Below, one piece after another: positions 13,545 through 27,000 of a DNA stretch of 64,000 bases. The stretch is from NCBI GenBank assembly GCA_963575745.1, contig CAUYUJ010000230.1, forward strand, positions 1-64,000, written 5' to 3'. The DNA is from Prorocentrum cordatum (taxonomy: Eukaryota). The notes below the pieces were generated by a model. It did not search any database, had not been told where the DNA came from, and saw only the letters and a program-made list of their open reading frames with translations. The translations under genes and the position numbers were made by a program. Every line of letters begins with the position of its first letter. Position 1 is the first letter of the stretch.

Positions 13545-14030
13545 TCGTGAGAGCCTCTCGGGCGCCTCTTGGGGGCCTCTTGGGGCCTCTTCTTAGGGGC
13601 TTCTTAGGGGCCTCGTGGGGCCTCCTGTGGGCCTCTCGGGGGCCTCTTGCGGCCTCTTGGGCGCCTCTTGGGACCCTCTGGGGGCCTTGTTGGGCGGAAG
13701 GCTCGGATGTTCGGTTCGTGCTCCCTCTCGGGCTCCTTTTGGGGCCGTCTTGGGGGCCTCTTGGGTCGTCGTTGGGCGCTCTTAGGCTGTCTCGGGGCCC
13801 TCTTGGAAGTCTCGTCGGCCCCTTCGGGGTGGTCTTGGAGGTCTTGTGGGCCGCCTTGGAGCGGCAGAAAGCCGACAAGGCGAGACTGCCCAATTCCTTC
13901 ACAGACCGAAGGGAATTCGTTATTTTTTGCCTCTTGGGGCCCTCTTGGGAGGCCTCCTGGATACCTCCTGCACCATCTTGGGGGCCTCCAGGGCCGTCAT
14001 GGACGCCTTAGAGAGTCCCAGGGAAGCGGC
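13545..14030. repeat. GGCCTCTTGG-family degenerate 10-mer repeat
   Basis: Same family as 7600-9000, 23270-23470, 33350-33780, 58040-58820 and 62000-63320. Confidence 0.8.
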
Positions 14031-15029
14031 ATGGCCGCCCAGGGACCCCACGGTAATAGGGGCGATGCAGTCAGGGAAGCGTGACTGGGGGAGGGGGGGC
14101 GGGGTCCCTTAGAAGTCACAGAAGCCCTGCCCGGCAGCCCTTGGCATTCTTCTACGCCTCAGTGTGCCGCAGGCACGATGGCGGCGCGTCCGTTACTCCA
14201 CTTCCTTTTGCCATTTTAGTTACAACTTCGGATTCTCAGTTCGAGTGGGCAAGACACCACACGTTGCACTGAAGAGCTTTTGAAGAGCCCCTGAAGATAT
14301 TCCGAGGAGCTTCTGAAGAGCCGCTCAAGAGCCCAAGTGCTTCTGATGCATAACCTTACGAACCAGATGGAATCCTGAGGGATCCGAAGGAATCCCATGG
14401 GACCCATAGGACGCCTGAGGGGTCATGAGAACTCTCAGGGTCTTTGGACTTTTTGACATCTTGAAATGCATTGTTATCCAGTACATGTGATGCACAGAGG
14501 GAGCGGTCGAAATGACTAATCGTACACGATCGGCCCGAACGTAGCGGTTTTATCGAGCTTGCACCGGGATGTTTATGATAGGGACCCATTGTGTCCATAC
14601 ACGCTCTTGAGAGCCTTCTGTTAATCAGCGCAATATTGAATCGCTCCCAGAACATCGCAACCACTTTGGCCCGACCGCAGCCGGTTGTGCTCCGCCCACA
14701 GGTTGTCGACGATCAATCCAAGGGGCTAGCGATCAGGCACGGGATGGGGGTGAAGGGCGGCGAGGGAGAGACTGAGGCGGAGACGCAGGGGGACGGTCAA
14801 GACCATTTTGGTTCAGGAGGAGCCCCCGGGTGTCGGGCAGTTCCTCAGACCTGGGTCGGGGAGCCCGGTCGTGGCCGAGGCTCGCCGTGGCCAGACGAAT
14901 CCTCTGTGTTTCCTGTCTGGCGCTGCTCGTGGTGGCACGACGGCTCTGCCTCCCCTCGCGCAGGGGCCGCAGGACGGAGGGTGAGCCTCTGGTCGGGGGG
15001 GGGGGACCTCCCCCCGCAGGGAGGACGGG

Positions 15030-15270
15030 GAGGGACAGGAGGAGAAGGGGGAGGGGGAGGGGGGGGGGGGGGGGGAGGGGGAGGAGGGGAGGAGGAGGAG
15101 AGGGAAGAGGAGGAGGAAGAAGAGAAGGAAGGAGGAGGAGGAGGGAGGAGGAGGAGGAGGAGAGGAGGAGGAGGAGGAGGAGGAGGAGGAGGAGGAGGAG
15201 GAGGAGGAGGAGGAGGAGGAGGAGGAGGAGGAGGCATGAGGAGGAGCAGGGAGGAGGACAAGGAGGAACA
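15030..15270. repeat. (GGA)n microsatellite
   Basis: Direct inspection. Confidence 0.95.
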
Positions 15271-16049
15271 GCAACAGCAGCAGGAGCGGGAGTGGGAGAA
15301 GCGGGAAGAGCAGGATTACCAGGGGAAGGCAGGGGAGCGAAAAGGAGCCGGGCGACAAAGACGGGGAAGTATTCGGATTCAGACAAGTGGCCCGCGCTTG
15401 AAGGAAACGCAATTCCGTAGCAGTGAACATGACACGCTGAGATCACGACGGCAACAGGCGATTCGCCAGTGTTGCAAAGGAGGTGGCACTTGAATGTGGC
15501 ACCATTGCGCAGTTTTGCCAACGTGATCTGCGCTTCGGCCCGTACACACCGTGCTGGGTGATAGTCTCCCCGCGTGAACGGGGGTGGGGGCAGGGTCCAC
15601 GAGGTCGTCGTTGCCCGGTCGCCCATTCCGGTTGCATGCCAGTGCCAGTGCGCGGCGGAACGGCGCTTGACAGGATCAGTTCTGGCTGTTTCCAGTTGCA
15701 GCGTTCGCGCTCAGTGATTGTGCGCGCGCAGTGCTGCGCCTCTCAGAACGCGCTTGTGTCGCAGCGTGCTGAGGCACTTCCGTGGCATTCGCAAGGCGCC
15801 AGTAGAACTCAGCATATCGAGTCAAATCTAGTTGGGTCCTCCTCATCCTCGCCCGCCTTCCCCCCCTCTCCCCTCCTCTCCTCTCCCTCCCCCCTATTCC
15901 CTCCCTGCTCTCTCCTGCTTCTTTCCCTACGTTGTCCTGGGATTGGTCCGCATCAGCTGGCTGAGTGATGGCCTCCCAGAGGCCCTCTACATCGCCGCGC
16001 GGAAGGTGCCCCAGTGGCCTACAGAGGCGGCGCCGTGTTGGAAACCCAG

Positions 16050-16212
16050 GGGGAGGAAGGGGAGGAGGAGGAGGAGGAGGAGGAGGAGGAGGAGGAGGAG
16101 GAGGAGGAGGAGGAGGAGGAGGAGGAGGAGGAGGAGGAGGAGGAGAAGGATGAGGAGGAGGAGGAGGAGGAGGAGGAGGAGGAGGAGGAGGAGGAGGAGG
16201 AGGAGGAGGAGG
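16050..16212. repeat. (GGA)n microsatellite
   Basis: Direct inspection. Confidence 0.95.
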
Positions 16213-17104
16213 GTATCACGATTGTCCCGCCCCCTCGGCCCTCTGCGATCATGTTTCTCCCCTAGTGGCGAGGGAGAGACTGAGGGGGAAGGGAAGGGGT
16301 ACAGTCAAGACCACTTTCGGATTTGGAGGGGCTCTTGTTTTCGGGCAGTTCCTTGGATTTGGGTCGGGGAACATCTTCGGGATCGAGGCTCGTCGTGACC
16401 CGAAAAGTTCCTTCGCCCATTTTTCAGCGTTCCTTAAAGTAGCACGATGGAAATATCCCCTGGAGGACGAGGTTGCCTTTGTCGTGCGTTCAGCTTGTCA
16501 GCTTGTCCCTTTGCATCCAGTAGCTTGTATTTCGCCTGACGCCTGTCCTTGACACGTCTGGTTGCCCCTCTTCACACCCTGCCTTGAGTCTGCCATCTGC
16601 CCACCCTTGCACAGTTACCGCTTCAACTCAAATCAAGCCAATGCAACGTAAAACAAGGCAACGCAACGCGCAGCCGTGTCCTATCCAGGTGAAGCAAGCG
16701 GGACGGTACAAGACACCGCGACGATGGACTCGGGTTCATCCGTCGATGCGCCAATCAGTCGGGGTTTGTCATTTCTGCCTGCACCAGTCGGTCAGAGTAC
16801 TACTCCTTCTGGACGTCTTCACGAGCAGCAGGCACAGGATATCAATGCTGGCCGTGTTTATCTGACGCAGCAGGAGCCGTCCCAGCAGCCTTCTTCGAGT
16901 CCGACGCCAGTCAGCGCCGTATGCGTAGGCGTAGGCGCCTTCTTCGGGCCGCGGTGCGAACGCCGTAGGCGCAGCACCCCCGACGGCACTACCCAAGGCC
17001 GCCTCGTGATGCCCCCCAAGGGTTCCCCAATCAGTGCTTGCACTGAAGGGGTCCTCGCGGAAGTTGAAGGATTTTGCGAAAATGACCCGCCGATTTTGGT
17101 CGCA

Positions 17105-17465
17105 CGCTGGGTTCCCGGGTTCCCGGTTCTGGGTTCCCAGGTTCCCGGTTCTGGGTTCCAGGCCGATTTCGGAGGGCGGCGAGGTTCCCGGGTTCGGGTT
17201 TTTGGTTGATCTTCTGATCGATCGGTCTCACCATCGATCTCATTACCCATTTCTCTATCGATCTCACCATCGATCTCACAATCGAGTTCACTATCGATCT
17301 CACAAGCGATCTCACTAGAGATCGCATGAGCGATCTCGCGATCGATCTCACTATCGATCTCATTGAATCGATTTCACTCTCGGTCTCACGATCGACCTTA
17401 CAATCTTCCTCACTATCGATTCCACTATCGATCTCATTATCGGTCTCACAATCGATCTCAAGATC
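17105..17465. repeat. GGGTTCCC-type repeats followed by a 12-bp tandem repeat (ATCGATCTCACT-like)
   Basis: Direct inspection. Confidence 0.85.
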
Positions 17466-17514
17466 CATGTATGAATTTTCAAGTCATCCACTGATTTGGG
17501 TTTTCTCAGGTGTA

Positions 17515-20500
17515 ATTCCCAACCATCCTGTGGTGTGGGTCCTCGTTTTGAAGAGACGGTGCCCCGCGTTCCTCTCCTCTTCTCCTCCTCCTCCTCCACC
17601 TCCTCCTCCTCCTCCTCTTCCTCCGCCTCCTCCTCCCCCTCCTCCCTCCTCCCTGCGTTTCATCATCATCACCCGTTTCAGCACACCCCTCACACGCTTC
17701 GTGGCCCCATAGGGAGCTCCACCGAAGGCCCCAAACGGACCGCCCGCATGCGTCACGCACCACTGAGTACAGCGTTTCGTGGCCCCAAAGGGAGCTCCAC
17801 CGAAGGTCCCAGTGGGACCGCCCGCATGCGTCACGCACTACCCAGTACAGCGCTTCGTGGCCCCATAGGGAGCTCCACCGAAGGCCCCAATCGGACCGCC
17901 TGCATGCGTCACGCACCACCCAGGACAGTGTTGCGTAGCCCCATAGGGAGCGCCACCGAAGGTCCCGGTGGGACCGCCCGCATGCGTCACGCACCACCCA
18001 GTACAGCGTTTCGTGGCCCCAAAGCGAGCTCCACCGAAGGTCCCAGTGGGACGCCCGCATGCGTCACGCACCACTCAGTACAGCGTTTCGTGGCCCCATA
18101 GGGAGCTCCACCGAAGGTCTCAGTGGGACCGCCCGCATGCGACACGCACCACCCAGTACTGCGTTTCGTGGTCCCATAGGGAGCTCCAACGACGGCCCCA
18201 GTGCCACCGCCCGCGTGCGTTGTCCCGCACACCCAATACAGCGTTTCGTGGCCCCCCATAGGGAGCTCCACCGAAGGTCCCAGTGGGACCGCTCGCATGC
18301 GTCACGCACACCCAGTACAGCGTTATGTGGCCCCATAGGGAGCTCCACAGACGGCCCCAGTGGGACCGCCCGCATGCGTCACGCACCACTGAGTACAGCA
18401 TTTCGCGGCCCCAAAGGGAGCTCCACCGAAGGTCCCAGTGGGACCGCCCGCATGCGTCACGCACTACCCAGTACAGCGCTTCGTGGCCCCATAGGGAGCT
18501 CCACCGAAGGTCCCAGTGGGACCGCCCGCATGCGTCCCGCACACCCAGTACAGCGTTTCGTGGCCCCATAGGGAGCTCCACCGAAAGTCTCGGTGGGACC
18601 GCCCGCATGTGTTGCCCACGCCCAGTACAGCGTTTCGTGGCCCCAAAGAGAGCTCCACCGAAGGTCCCAGTGGGACCGCCCGCATGCGTCACGCACACCC
18701 AGCACAGCGTTCCGTGGCCCATGGGGAGCCCCACCGGTTTGTGGCCCCATAGGGAGCTCCACAAACGGTCCCAGTGGCACCGCCCGCATGCGTTTACAAC
18801 GTTTCGCGGTCCACCGAGCTCAGTGGCAAAGTCCGCATGCGTTTTCCCCCACCCAGCACGACGTTTCGTGGCCCATAAGGAGCTCCACCGAAGGCCGTAG
18901 TGGCAAAGTCCGCATGCGTCTCCCCCACCCAGCACAACGTTTCGTGGCCCATGGGGAGCTCCACCGAAAACCCCAGTGGGACCGCCCGCATGCGTCTCCC
19001 CCACCCGCGTCTGCCCCTCCCATTGCAGCGTTTCGTGGCACATAGGGAGCTCCACCGAATGCCCCAGTGGCAAACTTCGCGGGCGTCCCCCCCGCCCGGG
19101 GCAGCGCTTCGTGGCCCCATAGGGAGCTTCACCGAATTCAATACCCATAGTTGTGGTACGCACAACTAAATATGGTTGGGTCCTTCCTCAGGCTGATTTT
19201 TTCCCAACCACCTTGTGGTGTTGGGTCCTCGTTTTCAAGAGACGGTCCCCGCGTTCCTCTCCTCTCCTCCTCCTTCCCCCCCCCTCCCTCCTCCATCACA
19301 ATCATCATCATCACCATCATCACCCGTTTCAGCACACCCTCACACGTTTCGTGGCCTCATGGGGAGCTCCACCAGAGGCCCCAATGGGACCGCCCGCATG
19401 CGTCACGCACCCCCCAGTACAGCGTTCCGTGGCCCCATAAAGGGGGCTCCACAGACGGCCCCAGTGGGACCGCCCGCATGCGTCACGCACCACCCAGTAC
19501 AGCGCTTCGTGGCCCCATAGGGAGCTCCACAAACGGCCCTAGTGGCACCGCCCGCATGCGTCACGCACCACTGATTACAGCGTTTCGTGGCCCCATAGGG
19601 AGCTCCACCGAAGGTCCCAGTGGGACCGCCCGCATGCGTCACGCACTACCCAATCCAGCGCTTCATGGCCCCATAGGGAGCTCCACCGAAGGTCCCAGTC
19701 GGCCCCAGTGGGACCGCCCGCATGCGTCACGCACCATCCAGTACAGCGCTTCGTGGCCCCATAGGGAGCTCCACAAACGGGCCCAGTGGCACCGCCCGCA
19801 TGCGTCACGCACCACCCAGGACAGTGCTGCGTAGTCCTATATGGAGCTCCACCGAAGGTCTCAGTGGGACCGCCCGCATGCGTCACGCACCACCCAGTAC
19901 ACCGTCTCGTGGCCCCATAGGGAGCTCCACCGAAGGTCCCAGTGGGACCGCCCGCATGCGTCACGCACCACCAGTACACCGTTTCGTGGCCCCATAGGGA
20001 GCCCCACCGACGGCCCCAGTGGGACCGCCCGCATGCGTCATGCACTACTCAGTACAGCGTTTCGTCGTGGCCCCATGGGGAGCTCCACCGAAGATCTTAG
20101 TTGGACCGCCCGCATGCGTCACGCACTACCCAGTACAGCGCTTCGTGGCCCCATAGGGAGCTTCACAGACGGCCCCAGTGGGACCGCCCGCATGCGTCCC
20201 GCACACCCAGTACAGCGTTTCGTGGCCGCATAGGGAGCCCCACCGAAGGTCCCGGTGGGACCGCCCGCATGCGTCCCGCACACCCAGTACAGCGTTATGT
20301 GGCCCCATAGGGAGCCCCACCGAAGGTCCAAGTGGGACCGTCCGCATGCGTCGCCCCCACCCAGTCCAACGTTTCGTGGCCCCATAGGGGGCCCCACCGA
20401 AGGTCCCAGTGGGACCACCCTCAGGCGTCCCGCACACCCACTACATCTTGTCGCGGTCCCAAAAGGAGCCCCACCGAAGGTCCCAATGGGACCGCCCGCA

Positions 20501-21020
20501 TGCGTCCCGCACACCCAGTACAGCGTTTCGTGGCCCCATGGGGAGCCCCACCGATCCCATAGAGAGCTCCACCGAAGGCCCCAATGGCAAAGTCCGCATG
20601 CGTTTCCCCCACCCAGCACGACGTTTCGTGGCCCATAGGGAGCTCCACCGAAGGCCCTAGTGGCAAAGTCCGCATGCGTCTCCCCCACCCAGCACCATGT
20701 CTCGTGGCCCCATGGGGAGCTCCACCGAAGGCCCCAGCGGCAAACTTCGCGTGCGTCACGCACCACCCAACACAGCGTTTCGTGGCTCATGGGGAGCTCC
20801 ACCGAAGGCCTCAATGGCAAAGTCCGCATGCGTCCCCCCCACCCAGCACAACGTTTCGTGGCCCATGGGGAGCTCCACCGGAGGCCCCAGTGGCAAACTT
20901 CGCATGCGTCTCCCCCACCCAGTGCAGAGGTTCGTGGCCCCACAGGGAGCTCCACCGAGTACGATACCTATAATTGCGGTATTCACAACTACATCTGGCT
21001 GGGTCCTTCGCCAGGCTAAT
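17515..21020. repeat. ~78-bp satellite organised as two higher-order blocks (~17515-19200, ~19201-21020)
   Basis: Unit GTTTCGTGGCCCCATAGGGAGCTCCACCGAAGGTCCCAGTGGGACCGCCCGCATGCGTCACGCACCACCCAGTACAGC. Both blocks share a head (CCCAACCA..TGTGGTGT..GGTCCTCGTTTT.AAGAGACGGT) and a tail (..CACAACTA..TGGGTCCTTC..CAGGCT.ATTT). Confidence 0.95.
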
Positions 21021-22264
21021 TTTAGAGTCTCCCCGTGTTTACGGACAAGTGGGAGGACTGCAGAATGGAGGGGAGCGGAGGAAGGAGGAGCAGCAGCAGC
21101 AAAAGCAGTGACGCGGCCGGCGGCCATCACCTGGCGCCCCAGGCTCACGGGGCGCCCATCCCAGCGGGAGCCCGACCCGGCTACGCGGGGCGCCGCCTGG
21201 AGCACCGGCTGCGCGGGCTGCCCTGCCGGCCTCGCTCGGCTGCCCTCCTAGCGATGCCCATGAGCTCCGCGAGCTCGCCGTCGCCCAGCTGGGCCACCGC
21301 CGCCGCGACCCGGCGCCGGAGATGCTGGATCTTTCCGCCCGCTGGAACTCCCAGCAGGCGTGCGGTGGCCTTCGCAGCGGGGCGGTCCACGTCCGCCACC
21401 GCCAGCACAAAGACGCCCTGTGCAAGCGCGCTTGGCCGACATCCTGCTGCGGCTCAGGAAGTCGGGGGGGGCCGCCAGCCGCGCACAATTCCACGGGGCC
21501 TGGCCCGGGAGGCACCTCCACCAGCTCCGCTCCGGGAGGCCGTGGCGTCAGCGAGCGGCCGCCGCCCGTCGCCTCAGTCGCCACCTCCGGGCCTGGCCCT
21601 GCCTCCACCGGCTCCGTGCCCGGAAGCTGTCTGGGCTCAGCCGCCTGCTGAGCGGGCGAGCCCGGAGAGTCCTCCTCCACTGCACCCGAAGTTCCGGGAG
21701 GCTTCCCCCGCACAGCCAGAGGCTGCGCAAACTTGACCGGGACGGGGGGTCTGGGAGGCGTCCAGCGCTGCCTCCAGCAGCCCCCGAAAACGCGATAGCA
21801 ATGGCTCCGTTTCATGTGAGTCGTCGGCATGATCGCCGCGGCCCAGAGCGCTCCCAGCAGCCCCGGCTGCCAGCTCTACCGTTGCGGGCGGCACCGCAGG
21901 CCCCGGCGACGTGGCGGGGGCCCACTCGTTCCACCTCAGCCGCGCCCGCTCGTGCTTCGCAGCTGGAGCCTCCACCTCCACCAGGGGCGTCCCGGGAGGG
22001 AGGGAGGGACGCGGGCAGCGCGTTCTGGGCCGTCGCCTCCACCACATCTTCGACCTGTGGGGCACGACCAGGAGGGAGGGACGTCGCCGCCGCCTCCTCT
22101 GGCCGCGCTGCTGGTCCAGGATGCGTCACCTCGACCGAAACCGCGCGCGCGGGGGGTGGCCCCGCCTCATCCAGGGCCTTGGGGTCGAGCCGCGCCAGCT
22201 GCGCCGGCCTGGCCGTAGCCGAAGCCATTTGGGAATCCTCTTGGCGCCAAAACACCATGACGTC

Positions 22265-22700
22265 AGCGCCGCGAATCAACGTGACTGTTGCGTCCTGTCA
22301 ACCCTGAACGGTGCCATGACACCATTTCTGGGACTTCGGCACCGTGAATCAACGTGACCGTCGCGTCCTAACAATCCGGAATTGCACCAGAACGAATTTC
22401 CTAGGACTTCCACCATTCAGATTCTTGAGGCTGTTGAAAGCTTTTATAACGAATGTGCGCGGCGCTAAGGCGATATTCCCATTTTTAAATTGAGCCGACC
22501 TCGACCCTGGAACTTGTTGTACATGTTTGAAACGAATGTGCACGGCGCGAAGGCGAGAGCCACATTTTGCCACGTAGCTTGCTCCGTGTAGCTTGCACCG
22601 CAGCACATAGCTTGCTCCACATAGCTTTCAGCACATAGCTTGTATACGTTTGATTGCACAACACAGCTTCCACGGCATAGCTTGCACAATATAGCTTGCA
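22265..22700. repeat. Dispersed repeat (family of 660-1010) followed by a degenerate 14-bp ACATAGCTTGCACC array
   Basis: The 14-mer array also occurs at ~4670-4790 and ~48020-48065. Confidence 0.7.
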
Positions 22701-23869
22701 GGCTATGTACACGCATATATGTATGTATGCATGTCTAGATATGTTTATGTGTAGCGGTGTGTGCATATCTATGCTTTCACACGTTCGCGCATAACAGTGG
22801 CTATATATCTTGATCTATGTGTATTTATACTGGGATCACTTCTAGTTGTATGTGTGTATATCGAGTAGGTCCTGGAAACTCGGCCCTGGCGGGCCCGGGG
22901 CTGTAGCACACCAGCGGCACCCAAGGTCACTTTCTGGGCCCCCTCCCCTCTGGGAGCCTCCCCCAGGGTTCCCCCTGCCAGGCTGCCCCAGGAGACTTCA
23001 GGAGCTTCAAAGAAGCTGACAGGGGGACCCAAAAGGGTCCCACGAAGTCCCCAGGCTCCCCACGAGGCTTCCAGTGCTTCACAGGAGCTCCAAGAGGACC
23101 TCTTGACAGTTCCACTCCAGAACCTCGCAAAGCCGTCCCCCAAGGGCCCAACATCGTTCAGAACTATTGTGTTTCTTAATGTTTTTCGCTGTGCTGCCTT
23201 TTCGCATCCGATCGCATATTGAAGCCTCCAGATGGCTCCACAATCGCCCAACAGATAGCCCCAGAGATTCCCAACACGGGCCCAAGACGGCCCAAGATGC
23301 CCCCGAAACGGCCCCAGCATCGTCAAGAGGCCCCCAAGAGGCTTTCCAGAGGCCCCAAGAGGTTCCCAAGAAGGCCCGGCCCCAAGATGGCTCCTGGAGG
23401 CCCCGTGAGGCTTCCAAGAGACCCCAAACAGGCCCCCAATGTCCTTAGGACCTAGGTGTCCCCCAAGAGGTAAACAAGAGGCCAATCGCAGCGGCCGCCG
23501 TAGAGACTACAATATACTTTTGTACGCCTCCTATCGAAGACTTCCATTCCATAAGGTATACAAGCCCAGAAGGTGCGCCACCGCCTAAGCACGGTAGCGT
23601 TTTGAACGTTTCGGTCGTGACCAAAATTGAAGGTGAGCGTCATGATTTCGGTCGCGACCGAAACTCCCGATGACATGCCAATGCTGGTAGTCAACCAAAG
23701 CAACTTGGCCGCGAATGTCGGTAGCCGCGACCGAACATGCTCTGTGAGTGCGCTACCGAAATTCCCGGTCTCTCACGCCAGTGTTCTGCAGCGTTTTGCC
23801 GACATTCGCAGTCGTTGCGCCTCTCCTCTCCTCCTCCCCTCTTTCCTCCTCTCGTATTTCTCTTCATCC

Positions 23870-24070
23870 TTGTCGTCATCACCATCATCATCGTCATCCG
23901 CATCATCACCATCATCATCACCAGCACCACTACTATCATCATCAGACCTATCACCAGGACCATCAACATCACCATCACCTTTCCTTCATCATCACAGTTC
24001 ACCACCAGCATCACCATCACCATCACCGTCACCATCATCATCATCACTGTCATCATCATCACCACCATCA
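23870..24070. repeat. (CAT/CAC)n microsatellite
   Basis: Direct inspection. Confidence 0.9.
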
Positions 24071-24092
24071 TCCGTAGCCTTTTGGGCTCAAG
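24071..24092 (+). other. Genomic spliced-leader (DinoSL) copy, 20/22 match
   Basis: TCCGTAGCCTTTTGGGCTCAAG vs DCCGTAGCCATTTTGGCTCAAG. Confidence 0.85.
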
Positions 24093-27000
24093 ATGGCGCG
24101 ATCAGGGGCGTTGTCCCGTCCCGTGTGGGTGGCTCTAGCCGTCGCGCCACTTTTTGGGTCATATTCCAAATCGACCAAGCTTTCAGCGAGGCCTTCGCGG
24201 CCGCAGCTCTTCCATACCCATGGCTTTCCGACGCCGGGCTTCGATCGCGCGATTGGGAACCCAGTTCGCGCGGGCTCGACCAATGGCAGGTGGATGTGGC
24301 TCGAGGTGCCGCGCGTGGTGGCGGCGGCAAAGGCGGGAGCGAAGGCGGACGACGAGGCAACGTTCAGCCTGGCGGAGGCGGAGGCGGCGGCGCGGCCAGT
24401 CAGCCCAGGGCCTGGGATTGCCCTCGCTGCGGAGCCAAGAATTGGGGTTCCAGGCACGTGTGTCGGAGCTGCGGGTATGATTGGTGGGAACAGGGGTCTG
24501 GAGCAGGTTCATGGTGGAGTGCCATTTCGCAACTGGACGCCAGGAGACGCCACGAGCTCAACCAGCTGCGCAGGAAGGTCAATAAGCTCGAGAGCGGCAC
24601 GCAGTCCCCAGGCTCAGGTGGCGGCGCTGGCGTTGCAGCAGAAGGTCAGCAGCCGTCGAGCAAGGATGAACGCGCCCGTCGGCGTGGGAAGCTACGAAGT
24701 TAACTCAAGAAGCTCGAAGGTGTGGAAGGTACGGAAGAGATCCTCGCGGCCAAGCGCACAGAGGCCAATGAGCTCGGCCACGAGCTTTCCGAGGAGAAGC
24801 CCGCGTCCGTCCAGCTCAGCGAGTTGGAACGCAAGCAGAGGCACCGGCAGAGCACCGCGGAGGCACTGGGGCGGAATATCTCGGCGCTGCATCGGAGATC
24901 GAGAACCTTCAGGCCCAGGAGCTCGAACTGGGAGGGAAACTTCGAGCAGTGTAAGACCGCGGAAAAGGAGCTACAGGCCCACATCGACAACCTCTTGGTC
25001 AAGCATCGTCGGGGGCGTGAGGGGGCCCCGCGCGAAGGCGACCCTGGCGCAGGAGCAGCAGCTGCATCGGCAGCGGCCACCGCTGCCCCGCTCAGCGAGG
25101 GAGAGAACGCCGCGGTCTTCCTGGCCGCGCTCGACCAATCCCCAGGGCTGCTCAACGCTGGATACGCCGAACGATGGGAAGAGCAAGTGTCCGAACTACG
25201 ACGCTTGGCACATCGGGTCGCCTCAGGAGGAACAGCGGCTGAACGCAGCAGCGGCGACGAGCGGGGCCTCTTGGGGCAGACCTGGGCAACGTCGTCGACG
25301 GCCTATGGGGGGGGGGGCGCCGTGGAGGAGGAGGCCGCCCCGGACCGCGTCGCCGACGACGTCGCAGCGCGGCAGGCCGACCCCGCGGCCAACGCAGCGG
25401 CGCAGGGCAAGGCGCGCGCCCAGGAATTCCTCCAGGGGCTTCGCTCGGCGGTGCTCAGGAGGGGGGGGGGGGGGGGGCGACCCACCGTCGCCGCGGCGAG
25501 CCGCGACGGCAGTGGCGTGGGGCATTTCGCCGCGCCCCTCGGCGAGCAGCGGGGCCCCCGGCAGGGCGCCGCCGCGTAGCTGTGCGTGGGCGGCCACCCC
25601 GACGACTGCCGCGCCGTGGGGCCGGAGCAGTGGCGCCGCCGGGTTGGGGCGCCGTCCTCGCCCCAGGCGTCGCAGCAGCAGGCGCCCCACCGGCAGTGGG
25701 CAGTCAGCGGCGGCGCAGGGGTCGCTGTTCGCATGGCGTAGGGCACGTGAGGCCTTGGCGATCACGGCGGCGAGCAGAGCTGCCATGTCGCCGTGGGCAG
25801 GACAGAGCCACGGTCGCCTGCGTCAACGGCGTGCTGCCAGGCGGCCTTCTGTTCGGGTCGGTCTACCTGGATAACGACGACGTCGGCGAGAATAGCGGGG
25901 AGGTCGGCGTGCGTCTCAAGCGCGCGGGCAAGCCGTGGGCCATCAATGGTGACTGGAACGTAGATCCCGATCGGTTCCACGAGCGGGCAGGGAGGGCGCT
26001 GCTCTGCAAGGTTGGCGGCCGCGTGGTCGACGCGGGGGTGGGCGCCTGCCGGCATTCCTTGTCCAGGGCGCCGTCCGAGCTGGATTGGTTCACCGTCAGC
26101 GCGGAGCTGCTAGACTGGGTGGCGTCATGCGAGCGCCTCGGCATGACCGCGATGGGCTGCGCTCACCCGTGCCGGCCCCGCACGGTGGAGAAGCTTTCCC
26201 TGAGGTGCCGCGGCGACCGGGGGCAGTCGCGTGGGGTGAAGGGCCCCGTGGTCTTCCCCAAGCTCCCCCAATTCCGGGCCCTTGGAGGAGCGTCTTTGGG
26301 ATCGCGGCGTGGTGGCGGCGCTCGCCGACCAGTGCGAGGGCCTGTTTGACCTTGATGCGGCTTATCAGGACCTGTGCGATGGGGGTCGAGGACGAGCTCG
26401 TTTGGGCATGCCAGGTCGACTCCGACGACGCCGATGTCTACCGAGGGCGAGGGGGCTCGCCGAGCTTCAGCTACGGCTCGCAGGCACGGGCTCGCCCCGT
26501 CGCGGCCCCCAGGGCCAGCTGCAGGGGCAGGGGGCTCATGCGCTTGGGCGGCTACTTCACCCAGATGCGCCCCCTGGTCGGGGCGCCCGCCTCGGACGTC
26601 AACGGCGAGCAAGCGGCCTCGCAGCTCGACCGAGGCCCCGAGCGGCGCGGTGCGGGGTGCATGCAGGCACAGGCGCTCGAGCGCCTCAAGCGCGTCCTGG
26701 GGCGCCCCGCGCGCAGCTGGGCCTCGGTCTTCCGCGCGCTGGGCCAGCCGGCGCGCGTCGTCTCGGGCTCGGCGCGGGATTTGGAAGGCCGCTGTTAGAC
26801 AGCGCGGGGCGTCCGCTCAGGAGCCTAGCGCCGACGCGTCCCTGGCAGGCTCGAGCTCGCTCGCGTCCTCCTGCAGTCGATGGCGTCGACATCGAGGGCT
26901 TGGGGGGGGGGGTCCACGGGGCGATCGACAACTGCCGCGAGTCCAGCCCTGGCTGGAAGAGCGATGGGGATTGCAGCAGGCCGCTGCCTGGGCCTCAACG

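Noticed and set aside
17690..20960. CRISPR-like regular array
   Set aside because: Contiguous 78-bp monomers without unique spacers; no cas genes; eukaryotic context.
21035..22300. Overlapping GC-rich ORFs on both strands
   Set aside because: Ala/Pro/Arg-rich, expected from GC content; no domain recognised.
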